A DNA stretch of 64,000 bases, from NCBI GenBank assembly GCA_965216755.1, contig CBDCGL010000011.1, positions 416,001 to 480,000 on the forward strand, written 5' to 3'. Under the pieces are notes generated by a model. It searched no databases and was not told where the DNA came from. It saw nothing but the letters and a program-made list of their open reading frames with translations. Within the stretch, counting starts at the first letter, position 1. Every line of letters begins with the position of its first letter. This DNA comes from Alphaproteobacteria bacterium (GTDB taxonomy: Bacteria > Pseudomonadota > Alphaproteobacteria > UBA7887). A program made the translations under genes and the position numbers. Shown in pieces: positions 53,569 to 61,763 of the stretch.

Positions 53569-55251
53569 CTAGCCGAGCTTGATGCACAAGATCTCGGACG
53601 CGCCGCCCTCAAGCGATGCCAGCGGGAACGGATTGTTTGATGTGCAAGCCTTGCCATCCGACGTAAAACTGAAGTCCCGCGTGTAGCTGCCACGCAAGGG
53701 TACCGGATAGGCAACGAAGCGTTCTTCGGATGGGATGAACCGGTACATCCGATCGGTCATCGTCACGTTCATCCAGATCTCTTGGGTTTGCGGATGCACG
53801 CCCAAGGCGTAGGGTGCCGGCCGATAGCCTTCGGCGAACTCGGGCATCGGATAGACCTTGGTTTCAAATCCGTCATCGGTCGGTTGGATCCGCGCCAGTG
53901 TGCCTTCGGCAAATCCGGCCAGCCACAACACGCCGCTCTTGTCGAAACGCAGCCGCCGCGGCCCGCGGATTGGTGAAACGTATTCGGTGGGTTCCAAGGT
54001 TCTTGGGTCTATGCGTCCAATTTTGTCGGCGAACAGGCGACTGTACCACACCGAGCCGTCGATCGGATTAATGTCGATTCCATAGGGCCAGGTGCCGCGC
54101 GACCCGCCGAGCGGCTTCGCCCCCGGCAGGTGGATGACCTTGCTTTCGCCAGTCGCCGGGTCCAGCCGTCCGACCTGTTCCGACCCGGCGATCGTGAACC
54201 ATGCGATGCCTTGCGCATCGATCCGGATGGTGTGCGGGTAGCGCGCACCGCCGCCGATGACATGTGAAGGTTCCCATTCGTTGGTGGCTGGGTTGAACAC
54301 GCCGATCGAATTTGTCGCGGTGTTGGTTACGTAGTATTTGCCGTCGTGGCCGAGAGCCATCGAGTGTGGGGCGTTGCGGGTATACTGGCCGAAGCTGTCG
54401 ATCTCGCCGGTCGTTGACCCAGGCACCCAGAAGCGATTGCCGTTGCCGGACTGGGAGATGTATTTGGACTTACCGGTCTTGGTGTCGGTGACCGCGAAAT
54501 GCGAACCTACCTGATCCGCCGAATAGATGATGTCGGTGTCGGGATGGACAATCGCATCATGCGGGTTGCCGCGCGACAGCCTGTATTCGTAGATCTTCGC
54601 CTGGCTCAGCGACCGATCGATCGGAAAGTCAGGCCGGACCGCGATGGGTTCGCCATCGAACCCTTGCGCCAAAATCGCGGCGCGTCGCTTGCGCAATTCG
54701 ACACCGTATCTGCCACCCATATAGCTGTGCATGCGCACAATGGTCTGGTGCCACCATTCAGGGCTGCGCTGCGCGCGGGTTCGGGCATTGCCCAGCTGAT
54801 GGCAGGAAAGACAATCGCGTCGAAACTGAAACTGATTGAAGAGATCGTCGTCGCGACGCTCGAACGCGAGTTTGCCGAAGTGATAGATCGCGGGAAGACT
54901 GTCAGAGATTTCAACCGGGTCGGTCATCGCCTCCATGACCAGCGTCTGGCCGACCACCGGAGCTGACCTGAGTGCGATTTCAGTTTCCAGGTCGCGGTAG
55001 TAAGGCGTGCGCAGGCGTACCGCGAGCTTTCCCTTGAGCGCCGTGTCGAGGCGAAAGGCGCCTTGGCTGTCCGAAAACACTGACTCCGAAATTCCGGATT
55101 TCGCATCGCTGACCCGGACCATGACACCGGCCAAGGCCGCACCATCGGTATCCGTAACGGTTCCGCTAAAACTCCCGGCAAGCACAGGCTGCGCGGCGGC
55201 CGCGATCGCGCAAGCGGCGACGGTTGCGCTGATTTCGTTAAACCATTTCAT
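53569..55251 (-). CDS. Exported carboxypeptidase-regulatory-like + c-type heme + Vgb-like beta-propeller protein
   Basis: Signal peptide, FSGTVTD.DG..LAGV, CLSCH, propeller repeats YPHTIRID.QG.AWF, PYGID...DGSVW, GPRRLRFD..G.LW. Confidence 0.8.
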   Translation of the reverse strand: MKWFNEISATVAACAIAAAAQPVLAGSFSGTVTDTDGAALAGVMVRVSDAKSGISESVFSDSQGAFRLDTALKGKLAVRLRTPYYRDLETEIALRSAPVVGQTLVMEAMTDPVEISDSLPAIYHFGKLAFERRDDDLFNQFQFRRDCLSCHQLGNARTRAQRSPEWWHQTIVRMHSYMGGRYGVELRKRRAAILAQGFDGEPIAVRPDFPIDRSLSQAKIYEYRLSRGNPHDAIVHPDTDIIYSADQVGSHFAVTDTKTGKSKYISQSGNGNRFWVPGSTTGEIDSFGQYTRNAPHSMALGHDGKYYVTNTATNSIGVFNPATNEWEPSHVIGGGARYPHTIRIDAQGIAWFTIAGSEQVGRLDPATGESKVIHLPGAKPLGGSRGTWPYGIDINPIDGSVWYSRLFADKIGRIDPRTLEPTEYVSPIRGPRRLRFDKSGVLWLAGFAEGTLARIQPTDDGFETKVYPMPEFAEGYRPAPYALGVHPQTQEIWMNVTMTDRMYRFIPSEERFVAYPVPLRGSYTRDFSFTSDGKACTSNNPFPLASLEGGASEILCIKLG

Positions 55252-55446
55252 CCGACATTTCCAAGATGACCCCATTTCCAACCCGATTTGTAGTCATTCG
55301 GCGGCGCCACGGCAATTTTGGCGTTGATCGGGCACGGCGGTACGCGCCATCCGCAGGGCCGATGGGCGCCGGCCATACTATCATCGTGATCCAATACGAC
55401 TCTTCCGTCGGCGTGGCTTGTTTCGCCCTTGTGTCTCCCCGCATGG

Positions 55447-55700
55447 TCATCCGCGTATGGCGCCGGACTCAGATCTTTGAAGGGTGTCTCGCGTACGGTC
55501 CCTGACATAGATAGCCAGCGCCGGGTAATCCGGATTGAACAAGACAAGGGTCACAAACATCGTGACGCCATGTTGACTCACGAATTGCTCGATCTGGTGG
55601 CGCCCGACGCACGCGAAGAGCATCAAGGTGCCTACCGGTTGGCTCTTCCCGGGCGCCGATCCAATTGGCCCGCTCGCCACACCTCAGCTCAGTCGCATTT
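55447..55700 (+). pseudogene. Tyrosine recombinase fragment
   Basis: SAYGAGLR...DIDSQRRVIRIEQDKGHKHR..ML, then WLFPG in another frame. Confidence 0.7.
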
Positions 55701-55702
55701 CG

Positions 55703-55843
55703 TTCACCATTCGGCCACAGGTGAAAATGATGCGCACCAGCGGCCGCGTGGTTTATGGCGATTGCTTTCTTGTCCCGCCAGTTGTACGGGCCATACTTTA
55801 TCGCTCCGTCACCCATCGCCCGCGACATGTGAATGAGTGCGAC
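55703..55843 (-). pseudogene. Fragment of a phage DUF5664-like dATP/dGTP diphosphohydrolase
   Basis: AMGDGAIKYGPYNWR...AA..H...W..GE matches the GA.KY...NWR signature. Confidence 0.55.
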
Positions 55844-55965
55844 ACGGCGCTGGTCGCGCGCGATCATGTCTGGCGGTCGCGGCATTTTTCAGCCTGTCGG
55901 CGACCCGGGTATCAACTTGTAAGAGCCGGATAACTGTGCCTGAATTCCCCTATGGGAGGGGCGAT

Positions 55966-58137
55966 ATGACGTTGAAGGATTTGCGAAACGATCGTGCGAC
56001 CGAGACAGATTCCGCGCGGCGCGGCCGGGCGCACGGAGACGGCGTGGATGTCAGTCTGTCCGCGCGGTCGTGCGCCGGAGAGCCATTCAAACAGATCATG
56101 GACCGGCGTTTGGCAAGACGATCGTTTTTGAAGGGGGCCGCGGCAACGCCCGTGGTGATGGCGATCCCGACAGCGTTGCTACCCCGCGACGCCGAAGCCG
56201 AGAATCGCGATGATTACCTGAAGTTTAAACCGATTGCGCCCACCACCGCCGATGATGTGGTGACGCCCGACGGATATACCGCCCATTTGATCATCCGCTG
56301 GGGCGATTCATTATTTGCTGACACCGAAGACTTGGACACGAGTAATCTGATCGACGGTGCGTTGCTGGATGAAGGTGCGGCGGACAAGCAAGCGAAGCAA
56401 TTCGGCTACAATTGCGACCTCAACGCCTACTTTCCCTTGGCCCAAGGCGCGCAAGGTGGTCGCAACGGCGTCATCGCCGTCAATCACGAATATGTCAATC
56501 CGCCCCTGATGTTTCCGAACTATCCAGAAGAGTTCGGACCTGAAGGTCCGATCCTTGATTTTGTCAGAACAAATCCCGAAGCCGTCCGTGTGTTGAAGGC
56601 CGCACACGGGCTGACCTTGGTCGAGATCAAGAAGCACGGCCATTCGTGGGGCTATGTAAAGGGATCACCCTACAATGTGCGCATTACGGCCGACACCGAG
56701 ATGGAACTTACCGGTCCGGCGAGGGGCCACGCATTGTTCAAAACCGATGACGATCCGGAAGGCGCTCGAGTCCATGGTACGCTAAATAATTGTGCCGGCG
56801 GTAAGACCCCTTGGGGGACCGTGTTGAGTTGTGAAGAGAATATCGACCGCTATTTTGGCCGTGCCGCTGATTTGGTCGCCGCGGCAACCGGCGACGCCGC
56901 TGCTGCCAAAATCGTGCGCCGGCACGAACGCGTCGCACCGAGCGAAGGCATGAGCGATTGGGCCTGGGAAGAGGTTGACGAGCGCTTCAATGTTTCGCTG
57001 CATCCAAACGAAGCATTTCGCTTTGGTTGGGTTGTCGAAATCGATCCTTACGACCCGGGTTCGACACCTAAGAAGCGGACGGCGCTCGGCCGCTTCAAGC
57101 ATGAGGGCGCCACCACAACAATCGCCCAGAACGGCCAAGTCGTCGTGTATTCCGGCGATGATGCCCGCTTTGAATATGTCTACAAGTTCGTGTCGGACGG
57201 CAAATACAATCCGAACGACCGCAAAGCGAATATGGCGATCCTGGATGCCGGCAAGCTTTATGTGGCCAAGTTCAATGACGATGGAACGGGCAGGTGGCTA
57301 CCATTGGAATTGAGGGCGAACCCGGCCCTGGGCGATGAATTTGCGGACCAAGGCGAACTGTTGATTGACGCTCGGCGGGCCGGTGACATTGCTGGTGCCA
57401 CGCCCATGGATCGGCCAGAGGACATCGAAGTCAATCAGAAGACCGGCAAAATCTACGTCGCGCTGACAAACAACACCCGGCGCACCAACGATCCTGCGGG
57501 AACGCGCGATGCCCAGGGGCGCGCCGTGCCGACCTTCCCGAACGGCGCCAACCCTCGGAGTCCGAATCCCAGCGGTCACGTGATCGAAATTACCGAGGCC
57601 GGCGAGCAGACCGCGAACACCTTTCATTGGGAGATCTTCATGCTGTGCGGCGACCCGCGCAGCGATTCCGGGTCTTACCTGACGACGATGGAAGACCTAG
57701 ACGACCTGCCGCTAGCGTCCACGGACACCTATTTCGCAGGGTGGTCCGACGCGGCTAGCGTCAGTCCGATCGGCGCGCCCGACAATCTTGCGTTCGCTGC
57801 TGACGGCACGTTGTGGGTGGCCACCGATGGCGCCATGCGAACGACGGGCTATCACGACGGCTTTTTCGTGGTGCCTGTCGAAGGCGGAACACGTGGGCAT
57901 CTTCGGCAATTCTTGAGTGTCCCAACCGATGCCGAAGCATGTGGGCCGGAACTGACGCCAGATGGCAAAACGATATTTTGCAATGTGCAACATCCCGGCG
58001 ACAGCGGTTCCATCAGCGGCACAAAGGGCGGTACCCCGCCGTTGCCGGGCAGCGATTGGCCCGATCGAAACGGCTTGCCACCGCGACCAAGCCTTGTTGC
58101 CGTCACCAAGAACGATGGTGGTAAAATCGGGTCGTAA
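55966..58137 (+). CDS. phoX: PhoX-family alkaline phosphatase (Tat-exported)
   Basis: RRSFLKG Tat motif; GYNCD, VNHEY, NNCAGGKTPWGT..SCEEN, GRFKHE, DRPED, PDNL, NVQHPG; RBS GGGAGG. Confidence 0.95.
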   Translation: MTLKDLRNDRATETDSARRGRAHGDGVDVSLSARSCAGEPFKQIMDRRLARRSFLKGAAATPVVMAIPTALLPRDAEAENRDDYLKFKPIAPTTADDVVTPDGYTAHLIIRWGDSLFADTEDLDTSNLIDGALLDEGAADKQAKQFGYNCDLNAYFPLAQGAQGGRNGVIAVNHEYVNPPLMFPNYPEEFGPEGPILDFVRTNPEAVRVLKAAHGLTLVEIKKHGHSWGYVKGSPYNVRITADTEMELTGPARGHALFKTDDDPEGARVHGTLNNCAGGKTPWGTVLSCEENIDRYFGRAADLVAAATGDAAAAKIVRRHERVAPSEGMSDWAWEEVDERFNVSLHPNEAFRFGWVVEIDPYDPGSTPKKRTALGRFKHEGATTTIAQNGQVVVYSGDDARFEYVYKFVSDGKYNPNDRKANMAILDAGKLYVAKFNDDGTGRWLPLELRANPALGDEFADQGELLIDARRAGDIAGATPMDRPEDIEVNQKTGKIYVALTNNTRRTNDPAGTRDAQGRAVPTFPNGANPRSPNPSGHVIEITEAGEQTANTFHWEIFMLCGDPRSDSGSYLTTMEDLDDLPLASTDTYFAGWSDAASVSPIGAPDNLAFAADGTLWVATDGAMRTTGYHDGFFVVPVEGGTRGHLRQFLSVPTDAEACGPELTPDGKTIFCNVQHPGDSGSISGTKGGTPPLPGSDWPDRNGLPPRPSLVAVTKNDGGKIGS

Positions 58138-58436
58138 CGTCAAACATGCAAACCGTGTGCTGACGTTGACGGGCCGACACCAGTCGCCGCGTCATTTCAA
58201 AGGAGAAGACAGCCACGATTTCTCTCTTAGCTCAACCTCTCTTCAAACAGGGAGCGGCATAACCATTTGCGCAAAGTCGTCGTAGGTGTCAAATTCATCG
58301 AAGGTATTAAACAGAATGATCTAAACCACACCGCCGCCTGATCATCGTCCGTCACCAAGATTCGTGCATATCTGCCGATGGCGCGCGTCCGTATTGTGTT
58401 TGAGGTGTCGCACGCAGACCCAAGACGGGACCCGCC

Positions 58437-58886
58437 CTAGCAATTTTTCACTTGTCGAGCCTTCGCCCAGTCTTTGCCGAGTCGGACCAGCGTTTCTTCG
58501 TCCACGATCCGCCGCGCGAGGGGATAGAGTATCTCTTCTTCATTTTGAAAGTGATGGCGCGCAATGGCGAAAGTCTTCCGGACTGCATCTACCGCTTGCT
58601 GCACACTTGCCGCATCCTCGATGCGCTCAAGTCCGGACCGGATCTGACGATGCTGGGCGCACATCTTGGAGATCAAGTCGTCGTCTTCCAGCAGGGGCTT
58701 GAGCACCGGAAATAGAAACTCTTCTTCGAACGCTGCATGCCAGGCTACTTCGGCCGCCAGAGCCGCCAAAGCGCCCTCGATCTGAGCAAGATCGCCGCCT
58801 GTTTCAGCCGACTGTTCGACGGTTCTTAATAGCGCTTTGAACGCGCCATGTTCACCCGCAAGTGCGTCGATCAAATTCATAAACAT
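58437..58886 (-). CDS. Hemerythrin-like domain protein
   Basis: EH, HAAFEEEFLFP, QH, HFQNEEEILYP. Confidence 0.85.
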   Translation of the reverse strand: MFMNLIDALAGEHGAFKALLRTVEQSAETGGDLAQIEGALAALAAEVAWHAAFEEEFLFPVLKPLLEDDDLISKMCAQHRQIRSGLERIEDAASVQQAVDAVRKTFAIARHHFQNEEEILYPLARRIVDEETLVRLGKDWAKARQVKNC

Positions 58887-59108
58887 GCTCCCGTCGCCGC
58901 ATTGATTCGACTTTTTTCCGCAGCTCTGCGCGCGCTGTCGCAAGCGGGTAGCATACATGCTGGCGTCCCTACCTGGGTCGTCTTTTGACTTCGAGACTTA
59001 GTCGCCCCTTTACGCCAAACGTGGCAAAGCGACTTGGGACACTGAGATGGCCGCGCGCCGCGGCCAGGTTCACGACTATCGGGTGGTTGTGTTGGGTCAG
59101 CGGCGCCA

Positions 59109-59122
59109 TTGATTTAGGTAAA
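59109..59122. promoter_or_regulatory. Possible FNR/FixK-like box
   Basis: TTGAT-TTAG-GTAAA (8/10 to TTGAT-N4-ATCAA) between the divergent hemerythrin and regulator genes. Confidence 0.35.
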
Positions 59123-59307
59123 TGCAAACGCGACGATATTAGGATACCCGGCTTAGATGGGCGTGAGCGTCACATGAGCCAAGTAACAGCAACGGTGCAG
59201 AGGCGGGGCGTGTTGTGCCAAACGACGCGCGCGAGGTCATGTGGAGGCAGTCTGGCCTTGAGAGGTCTTGGTCGGATGTATGCCTTTAGACGCTGAGGGG
59301 GAGTCCG

Positions 59308-60510
59308 ATGATGGATGCCCGCTACGTGGTCGCGTATGCGTCAGACGCGGCATTCGCTGTCGACGAAAATTTGAAGATCGTCGCTTGGAATTACGCTGCG
59401 CGGGCCCTGTTGGGTTATACCCGTCATGAAGTGATCGGCAAGCACTGTTCGGAGATCCTCCAGCTGGTCCTACCGAACGGAGAACCGCTGTGCGTTCCTG
59501 GTTGCGAGGGGGTTCGGTGTTTCGAACACTTCCGACCTTTCACGACAGCGAATTGCTTGGCGCGGCATAAGGAGTCGCACTGGATCGCCTTAGAGGTCGC
59601 ATCTGTGGTGACGCCAAAACGAGCCCGTGCCCGGGATCGGCGCAGCGCAGTGGCAACCATATTATTGCGCAGACACAACGAAATCGAGGCTTCTCAGTCG
59701 AACCAGGCGGTGCTGCAAATCTTCACGTTCGGCCGGTTTGGGCTGGCCTTCGGCGGACGCGGTCTTGTCGTAGAGAAGTGGGAACGTCAGCATGCCGTGA
59801 CGCTGTTGAAAGTGCTTGTAGCGCACGCGGGCCGCGCAATACCCCGCGAAGTACTGATCGATTACCTCTGGCCGGACGCAGACGAAAGGAACGGATGGGA
59901 ACGATTGAAGGTGACAGTCTATTTCCTACGGCGAAGGCTGCGCGTCGCCGGGGTCGCAGAGGATGTCGTCGAGACCGTCAATCGAGCGTACAGACTACGA
60001 CCCGAAGCTGTATGGATCGATGCAGAGGTCTACGAATGTTGCATCGCGGCTGGATCGACCTATCAAACACGACAACGCTGGTATGATGCGCTCGACCAAT
60101 ATCGTAAGGCGCACAGGCTCTATCGGGGGCCCTATCTCAGCGGTGACATGTATGCGGACTGGTGTGCCGAAGAGCGTGAACGACTGCGTGAAATCCACCT
60201 GGAAATGCTGACCGATTTGGCGAAATGCCATTCGGCTCTCGACGGTTACGTTGACGCGGCGAGGGTTTGCCGAGAAATCCTCGCTGACGACCCTTGTCGC
60301 GAAAGTGCGCATCGTGCGCTCATGGAAAACCTTGTGCGCCTTGGCCGCAACGATTCGGCTCTGGCCCAATATCGTCAATGTCGACAGATCTTAGCTGACG
60401 AGCTTGGTGTGGAACCAATGCTCGAGACCCAAGCTCTTCACCGACAGATCGTGGCGCGAGGAAGAGCGGCCGCGGCCGCGTCAACGGAAGCGGTTCGGGG
60501 CGCCGAATAG
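59308..60510 (+). CDS. Cys-rich PAS + SARP (winged helix-BTAD) transcriptional regulator
   Basis: AFAVD...IVAWN.AA..LLGY...EVIGKHC; LIDYLWPD; LYRGPYL; DPCRESAHRALM; ELGVEP. Confidence 0.88.
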   Translation: MMDARYVVAYASDAAFAVDENLKIVAWNYAARALLGYTRHEVIGKHCSEILQLVLPNGEPLCVPGCEGVRCFEHFRPFTTANCLARHKESHWIALEVASVVTPKRARARDRRSAVATILLRRHNEIEASQSNQAVLQIFTFGRFGLAFGGRGLVVEKWERQHAVTLLKVLVAHAGRAIPREVLIDYLWPDADERNGWERLKVTVYFLRRRLRVAGVAEDVVETVNRAYRLRPEAVWIDAEVYECCIAAGSTYQTRQRWYDALDQYRKAHRLYRGPYLSGDMYADWCAEERERLREIHLEMLTDLAKCHSALDGYVDAARVCREILADDPCRESAHRALMENLVRLGRNDSALAQYRQCRQILADELGVEPMLETQALHRQIVARGRAAAAASTEAVRGAE

Positions 60511-60691
60511 ACCCGATTTTTTAGCGCGGTCGCGAACCTCCCCTAGATCGGAAACAAGACAACTCGTCTGCGCACGCGGACGTCAAATTCCATTGATGCG
60601 CACCTTCCCGTCACTGGTATGTCACCAGGCAATGTTTTTGTACGCGTCGAATGTCGTCGTGTTGGCCAGTGGTGTGGACAGGCTATGCGAG

Positions 60692-60952
60692 ATGATCAGA
60701 GAGCGAGAACTCGATTCATTCGTTGCCCGTATCTGGATGGAACGTGGCAGCAACGGGGAACCGCTTTGGCGCGGACATGTTCGACACGTCCAAGGCGACC
60801 AAGAAGCCTATTTTCAGAACCTAAAGGAGATGGGCGAGTTTCTCGAACGGGTAAGCGGGGTCCCGTGCCCGGCCGCGACTGTTCGTGCGGGCAAATCAAA
60901 AAAACGCGGCGACAAGCCGAAAGCTGCCGCCCCCCGAGGCCGCAAACGATAG
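60692..60952 (+). CDS. Small hypothetical protein
   Basis: SFVARIWME...WRGHVRHVQ...YFQNL..M.EFL, a pattern I recall next to BTAD regulators. Confidence 0.6.
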   Translation: MIRERELDSFVARIWMERGSNGEPLWRGHVRHVQGDQEAYFQNLKEMGEFLERVSGVPCPAATVRAGKSKKRGDKPKAAAPRGRKR

Positions 60953-61121
60953 ATCTGAGTCACACGTTTCAGTTCCGATCCAAGACGAGCAACGTATCAT
61001 TTGCACACTCAATATCTAGGCGACATCGCTATCCCACGGTGTGTGTGCATTTACCGATTCCTACCGCCGGGGGCGGCCAAGAATTCGAAGAGGGGTCGTG
61101 CAATGTCTTGTTGTGACCAGG

Positions 61122-61135
61122 TTGTAGTGAATCAA
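61122..61135 (+). promoter_or_regulatory. Possible FNR/FixK/DNR-like box
   Basis: TTGTA-GTGA-ATCAA about 90 bp upstream of the cytochrome c ATG. Confidence 0.4.
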
Positions 61136-61225
61136 TGCCGGGTTCTTGAGCGCCTTTTCCGGAGCAGCGTGTCCGACTCGGCGTTTCATTCAGGCAGATC
61201 GCCCGACCGCAAAAGGTTGACACGA

Positions 61226-61720
61226 ATGACGACCCACCTTCCGAAATTATGCAGATGGCCAACTTTGGTGCTTGTTCTGATCATCCTTGGTTGGCTCGTT
61301 CCACAAACGACTTGGGCCGTTGAAGATGGCCAAGAGCTTTTCGAAAGCAATTGTGCGGCCTGTCATACGATCGGCAAAGGTAAACTCGTCGGGCCCGACC
61401 TGGCAGGTGTTACGTCACGGCGCGAAGAAAGCTGGCTCGTACGCCAAATCCAAGATCCAGAGGCACTGATTGCCGAGGAGGATCCGATCGCCTTACAGCT
61501 TCTGGCGGAGGCCGACAATGTGCCAATGCCGACTCTGGAACTGACGGACGACGATGTTGGGGCCCTGATCACCTATTTGAAAGGCTTTGAACTAGGAGCT
61601 GAAGCAGACGTTGGGCTCCCGTCTCAATACCTTCCCACCATCATAATCAGTATCGTGCTAATCGTCCTCCTAACCATCATAGGCCTTAGGGTCGGGCGTA
61701 AGCAAGTCGATGTCAATTGA
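61226..61720 (+). CDS. Membrane-anchored monoheme cytochrome c (NarC-like position)
   Basis: Signal/TM, CAACHTIG...GPDL.GV, distal Met VPMP, C-terminal TM. Confidence 0.88.
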   Translation: MTTHLPKLCRWPTLVLVLIILGWLVPQTTWAVEDGQELFESNCAACHTIGKGKLVGPDLAGVTSRREESWLVRQIQDPEALIAEEDPIALQLLAEADNVPMPTLELTDDDVGALITYLKGFELGAEADVGLPSQYLPTIIISIVLIVLLTIIGLRVGRKQVDVN

Positions 61721-61763
61721 ACCCACGAACCCTGGCGACCAGGAAGAAAGCTAAAGGTGAGTC

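Noticed and set aside
55860-55965. Pho box upstream of phoX
   Set aside because: No convincing CTGTCAT-type 11-bp tandem repeat visible.
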